NCBI RefSeq assembly: GCF_018350175.1
Contig: NC_058375.1
Coordinates: 194,742,001-194,806,000, forward strand
DNA length: 64,000 nucleotides
Reading direction: 5' to 3'
DNA from: Felis catus
Taxonomy: Eukaryota
The notes under the pieces were generated by a model, which was not told the origin of the DNA, did not search any database, and saw only the letters and a list, made by a program, of their open reading frames with translations. Numbering within the stretch: position 1 is the stretch's first letter; the number at the start of each line of letters is the position of its first letter. The position numbers and the translations under genes were made by a program. Below are positions 63,916-64,000 of this stretch, piece by piece.

Positions 63916-64000
63916 AATACAATCAAAGGACTAGAGATGAAGTTTGTCACTGTAGGATCCAAAGAGACTTTTGAACTCCAAAATGTGCAAGTCCAATGAG

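Noticed and set aside
1-64000. Most ORFs in the six-frame track, including poly-X ORFs and those reading ERERER, SLSLSL or THTHTH
   Set aside because: They result from N-runs, microsatellites, SINE/L1 sequence or chance in AT-rich introns; none shows independent gene structure.

Overview
This is mammalian genomic DNA, almost certainly from a felid (cat family), judged by the many carnivore tRNA-derived SINEs of SINEC_Fc type and carnivore-type L1 3' ends. The whole window lies inside the + strand gene UNC80, the large neuronal scaffold subunit of the NALCN sodium-leak channel complex. Eleven coding exons can be read directly (nine complete, two partly hidden by N). They splice in one continuous frame at canonical AG/GT boundaries from ...NKAGFGNNF... 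to ...SDAGAEEKK. Three more exons are probably hidden under N-runs, which behave like hard masking rather than assembly gaps. Introns carry SINEs with target-site duplications (TSDs), L1, L2, MIR, CR1, MaLR/ERVL LTR and DNA-transposon relics, and microsatellites. I found no new protein-coding gene or prokaryote-type system. The best candidates for undescribed biology are at the RNA-processing level: (1) a YCAY-cluster-flanked, frameshifting 20-nt cryptic microexon with a neighbouring 48-nt in-frame candidate exon near 41.0 kb; (2) inverted L1 and SINE pairs bracketing a three-exon, phase-symmetric, apparently stop-free ~483-nt module that could circularise; (3) tandem in-frame 5' splice sites; (4) a perfect fold-back palindrome around an (AT)n tract. 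Comparisons to human UNC80 and repeat consensus sequences are from memory, not from a database search.
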